NCBI GenBank assembly: GCA_963924565.1
Contig: OZ004613.1
Location: forward strand, 15,996,001 to 16,060,000
Length of the DNA stretch: 64,000 bases
Direction: 5' to 3'
Source: Ascidiella aspersa
Taxonomy: Eukaryota
Made by a program: the position numbers and the translations under genes. Under the pieces are notes generated by a model. It made no database searches, had not been told where the DNA came from, and saw only the letters and a program-made list of their open reading frames with translations. Shown here one piece after another: positions 61,284 to 64,000 of the stretch (the stretch's first letter is position 1; each line of letters begins with the position of its first letter).

Positions 61284-62393
61284 GGGGAAGGCGGGGCAAA
61301 ACGGACCCCGTGAGGGATAAATGCTATATTTCGAGTTTCACAAAATATTTTTTGATGAATGGGGTATCAACTGAAAGGTCTTACTGTAAGTTACTCCTAT
61401 GTTAAAAAAAACAACTGAAAGAAGCATACCTTCTGAATAAATTAACTTTTGTTGTCGATTTTTTCACGGGGCAAAACGGACCCCTGGCGGGGCAAAACGG
61501 ACCCCACTAATAAAATATAATTTAATTGCCTTGTTGTGTGGAAATGCCGGATCAAGGATTTGTGTTTTAGTGGCGCGTAAACTTTTCAGAGATATTGTCA
61601 CAAGTTACGTCACAACGTGACGTCATAATTTAAGTAATGGTATACATGGCGCCTTATGGCTTGAAAATATTTTACAAAAAGAGGCCAAAACATACAAAAA
61701 AAGCACTATACCAAGTACTGGTAGCATTGCCACTCTTTATAAGTTAAATGGTTATAAATAGGCAAAAACTACCTAATATTTATCTTAATGTATACCAACT
61801 CATAAGTATTAAAACAAATAGCAATCGAGCTTTTTTACAACAGATATTGGTAAAATTTCTGATTGTTTGGCCTTCCGGCAAAACTGATCTAAACATATAA
61901 AATAATGATTTATTATTTAATTTTATTCAATTTCCAAAATGTCTTACTGAAAGACTAATAAAAAAATACAAAAAGTGCAGTTTTAGGCTAGTAATGACGG
62001 ATTAACTTGTGAGGGGTCCGTTTTGCCCCAACACTATCAATAGCATAAACACCCGATTTCTTTAAAATCTTACAAATTAGAGCGACAACTGTTTCGTACT
62101 AATTAACAGACCCTTGCCTACAAATTATTTAGCAAAAAATTAACTTTGTCTTTACTTGAACTTTAGTAACAAAGGCATCATTTTACTGCGCTATCCTTAT
62201 ATCAATATCCCCCAAACACATTTTCTACCCTCCCTGGTTTGTGCAAAATCGAATCTGTCTAATATTTGGCCACAAACGTTTTTTCGACGATAGGCACTGT
62301 TCAGTAAACAAATATTGACGGTGGCAATTTTCGTTAACGAGAAAAGGGAGGGGTCCGTTTTGCCCCGGGGGTCCGTTTTGCCCCGCTTTCCCC
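61284..62393. mobile_element. Non-autonomous DNA transposon with TA flanks and three subterminal binding-site repeats per end
   Basis: TA|GGGGAAGGCGGGGCAAAACGGACCCC...GGGGTCCGTTTTGCCCCGCTTTCCCC|TA; GGGGCAAAACGGACCCC at ~61293, 61468, 61489 and inverted at ~62013, 62350, 62368. Confidence 0.88.
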
Positions 62394-63409
62394 TACGCCT
62401 ATAAGGCCTAAACTTGGGGCTACCATATTTTCAGCACCCAATAAGAGGACATTTTTTTGCCTGTAAGTAAAACGAAAGTAGAATTGTTACGTTGGAGAAA
62501 AACGTGCCATATCCGCAAGTATTGCATTCAGCTTCGAAATTGACACGTCCTTTTCTGAAACAATTAAAGGATACTTCTGGCGTAGCTCATCAGTAAACAG
62601 AGTTTTCCTCTTCAGCATTATAATGTATAAATAATAAAAAAAAAATAAAAAAAAAGCCCTGTATGCTATAGACCAGTGGTTCTTAGGCTACCCTTTTTTC
62701 AGGCGCGCCCCCCCTTGGTAATTTTCCTATGCTTCGCGCCCCTCCTCCACGAAAAGTAATTCGACATTTTCAATTAAATATCAGTGGGACAACTTAAAAA
62801 TAGGGAAGTTTGTGGTCAGTCGCGCTAAACTGTAAATTCGGGAGGTTTTAGCATTGGACACACAATAAGTTGCTCGTGCACCAGCTGATTTTGACAAACG
62901 TGTTGTGAGGGCATTTACTCCACAGTTGTAAGGCTGCGATGTCGAGCACAAATAAAAATGTAAGCGCAAAAATTAAACATTGCGTTATCGTGTTTCAAAA
63001 TGTGTGACGACACACAATACGACGGTAATATTGCAAAACAGTATAGTTTCGCCCAAAAAAGTTTGAGTCCCCCTGTTGCTGGACTGTTATCCAATTATAT
63101 AAAGCATGGATAAAAATAGTTCGAATGGTGGATGAATTTTATCGTTTATCTATAAGTTAGCAAAATTGTAATTAAATAGGGCCATTATACTTTCAATGGT
63201 ATGAAAACATGCAATGGCACTTCGCGAAAATTTTTTGCCGTTTCAATGTCAAAGTTCACAAAAACAGAGTTTGTACAGCGCTTTAGGAGTGGTGTACAAT
63301 CCAACAAAACCATTAGAATCATTGCCAAAAAAAATACATATTACTTAGAGATAGCGCCCCCCCAAGAATTGCTTAGAACCCCCTAGGGACGCGCCCCCCT
63401 TTTTTTATA

Positions 63410-64000
63410 GAAGTAAACGTTGTGGGAATGTGTTCAAACGAACGTTAAGAAAATACGTCGAGGCGTTGTTATCAAAACGTAATGCAAAACGTAGCACTAA
63501 CGTAAAAATTAACGTTAGAAAAAAACGCAATGCGACTAAACTTCAACGTCATTTGTAACGTACAAACAACGTTAATTATAGACATCGAAATTAACATGTT
63601 TTAGATCAATTTGGACGTCCTTTCGAACGTTTTATGAACGTTATGTCACAACGTTGCGACAAACTACAATTCAACCGTTTTATTACGTCATAATCGACTT
63701 TTAAAAAACTTTGTTCAATTGAAGTCAAAGTGAACTTTTTTTAGACTATTTTGGACGTAATTATAAACATTTAATTGAAGTTATTTTTTAACACAGTGTG
63801 AAACTCTAATGCAACCTATTAACAACGTCAAACTTGACGTACAAACAACGATTGTTACTGACGTCAGAGCTAACTTTTATTAGACCTGCTTTTCAAACCT
63901 CTTTGATTTACGTTCTAGCTTAACGTTGAGTCACACGCAATTTTATAACGTTGAAAATTACGAATGAACAACGTTGTTTACTGACGTCGAAGCAAACTTG
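63410..64000. repeat. AACGTT/GACGT-rich diverged tandem repeat, probably a transposon arm running out of the window
   Basis: Recurrent AACGTC...ACGTACAAACAACG...GACGTC unit at ~63545, 63822 and 63947. Confidence 0.6.

Overview
AT-rich animal genomic DNA with short GT-AG introns, most consistent with an ascidian tunicate (inferred, not proven). There is a 100-N gap at 41869-41968. Five host genes were reconstructed by hand: a 9-exon Frizzled-9/10 (22545-30666, +, about 887 aa, with a long linker, a 65-aa ECL3 insert and a long C-tail); a same-strand cluster of intronless ecdysoneless (46915-48777), intronless mitochondrial acetyl-CoA synthetase ACSS1 (50213-52246) and 7-exon MRPL19 (53268-56917); and a convergent 6-exon MRPS15 (58630-56912, -). 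The rest is mostly transposon-derived: a dead BEL/Pao element with its 3' LTR, an inverted older BEL fragment, a ZNF862-like hAT element with TIRs and 8-bp TSD, a full-length dead Ingi/Vingi-type LINE, a foldback element nested in a MITE, and many MITEs. Main observations: (1) the MRPL19 and MRPS15 coding sequences overlap in the palindrome TCATGA, so each stop codon is the antisense of the other's final Ser codon; (2) a CPEB3/HDV-like ribozyme fold sits at the LINE 5' end, and the LINE is flanked by a perfect 52-bp duplication; (3) ECD-ACSS1-MRPL19 looks like one CpG-depleted transcription unit (operon or shared leader); (4) the Frizzled ECL3 insert carries a dibasic KR|S site between the two loop cysteines.
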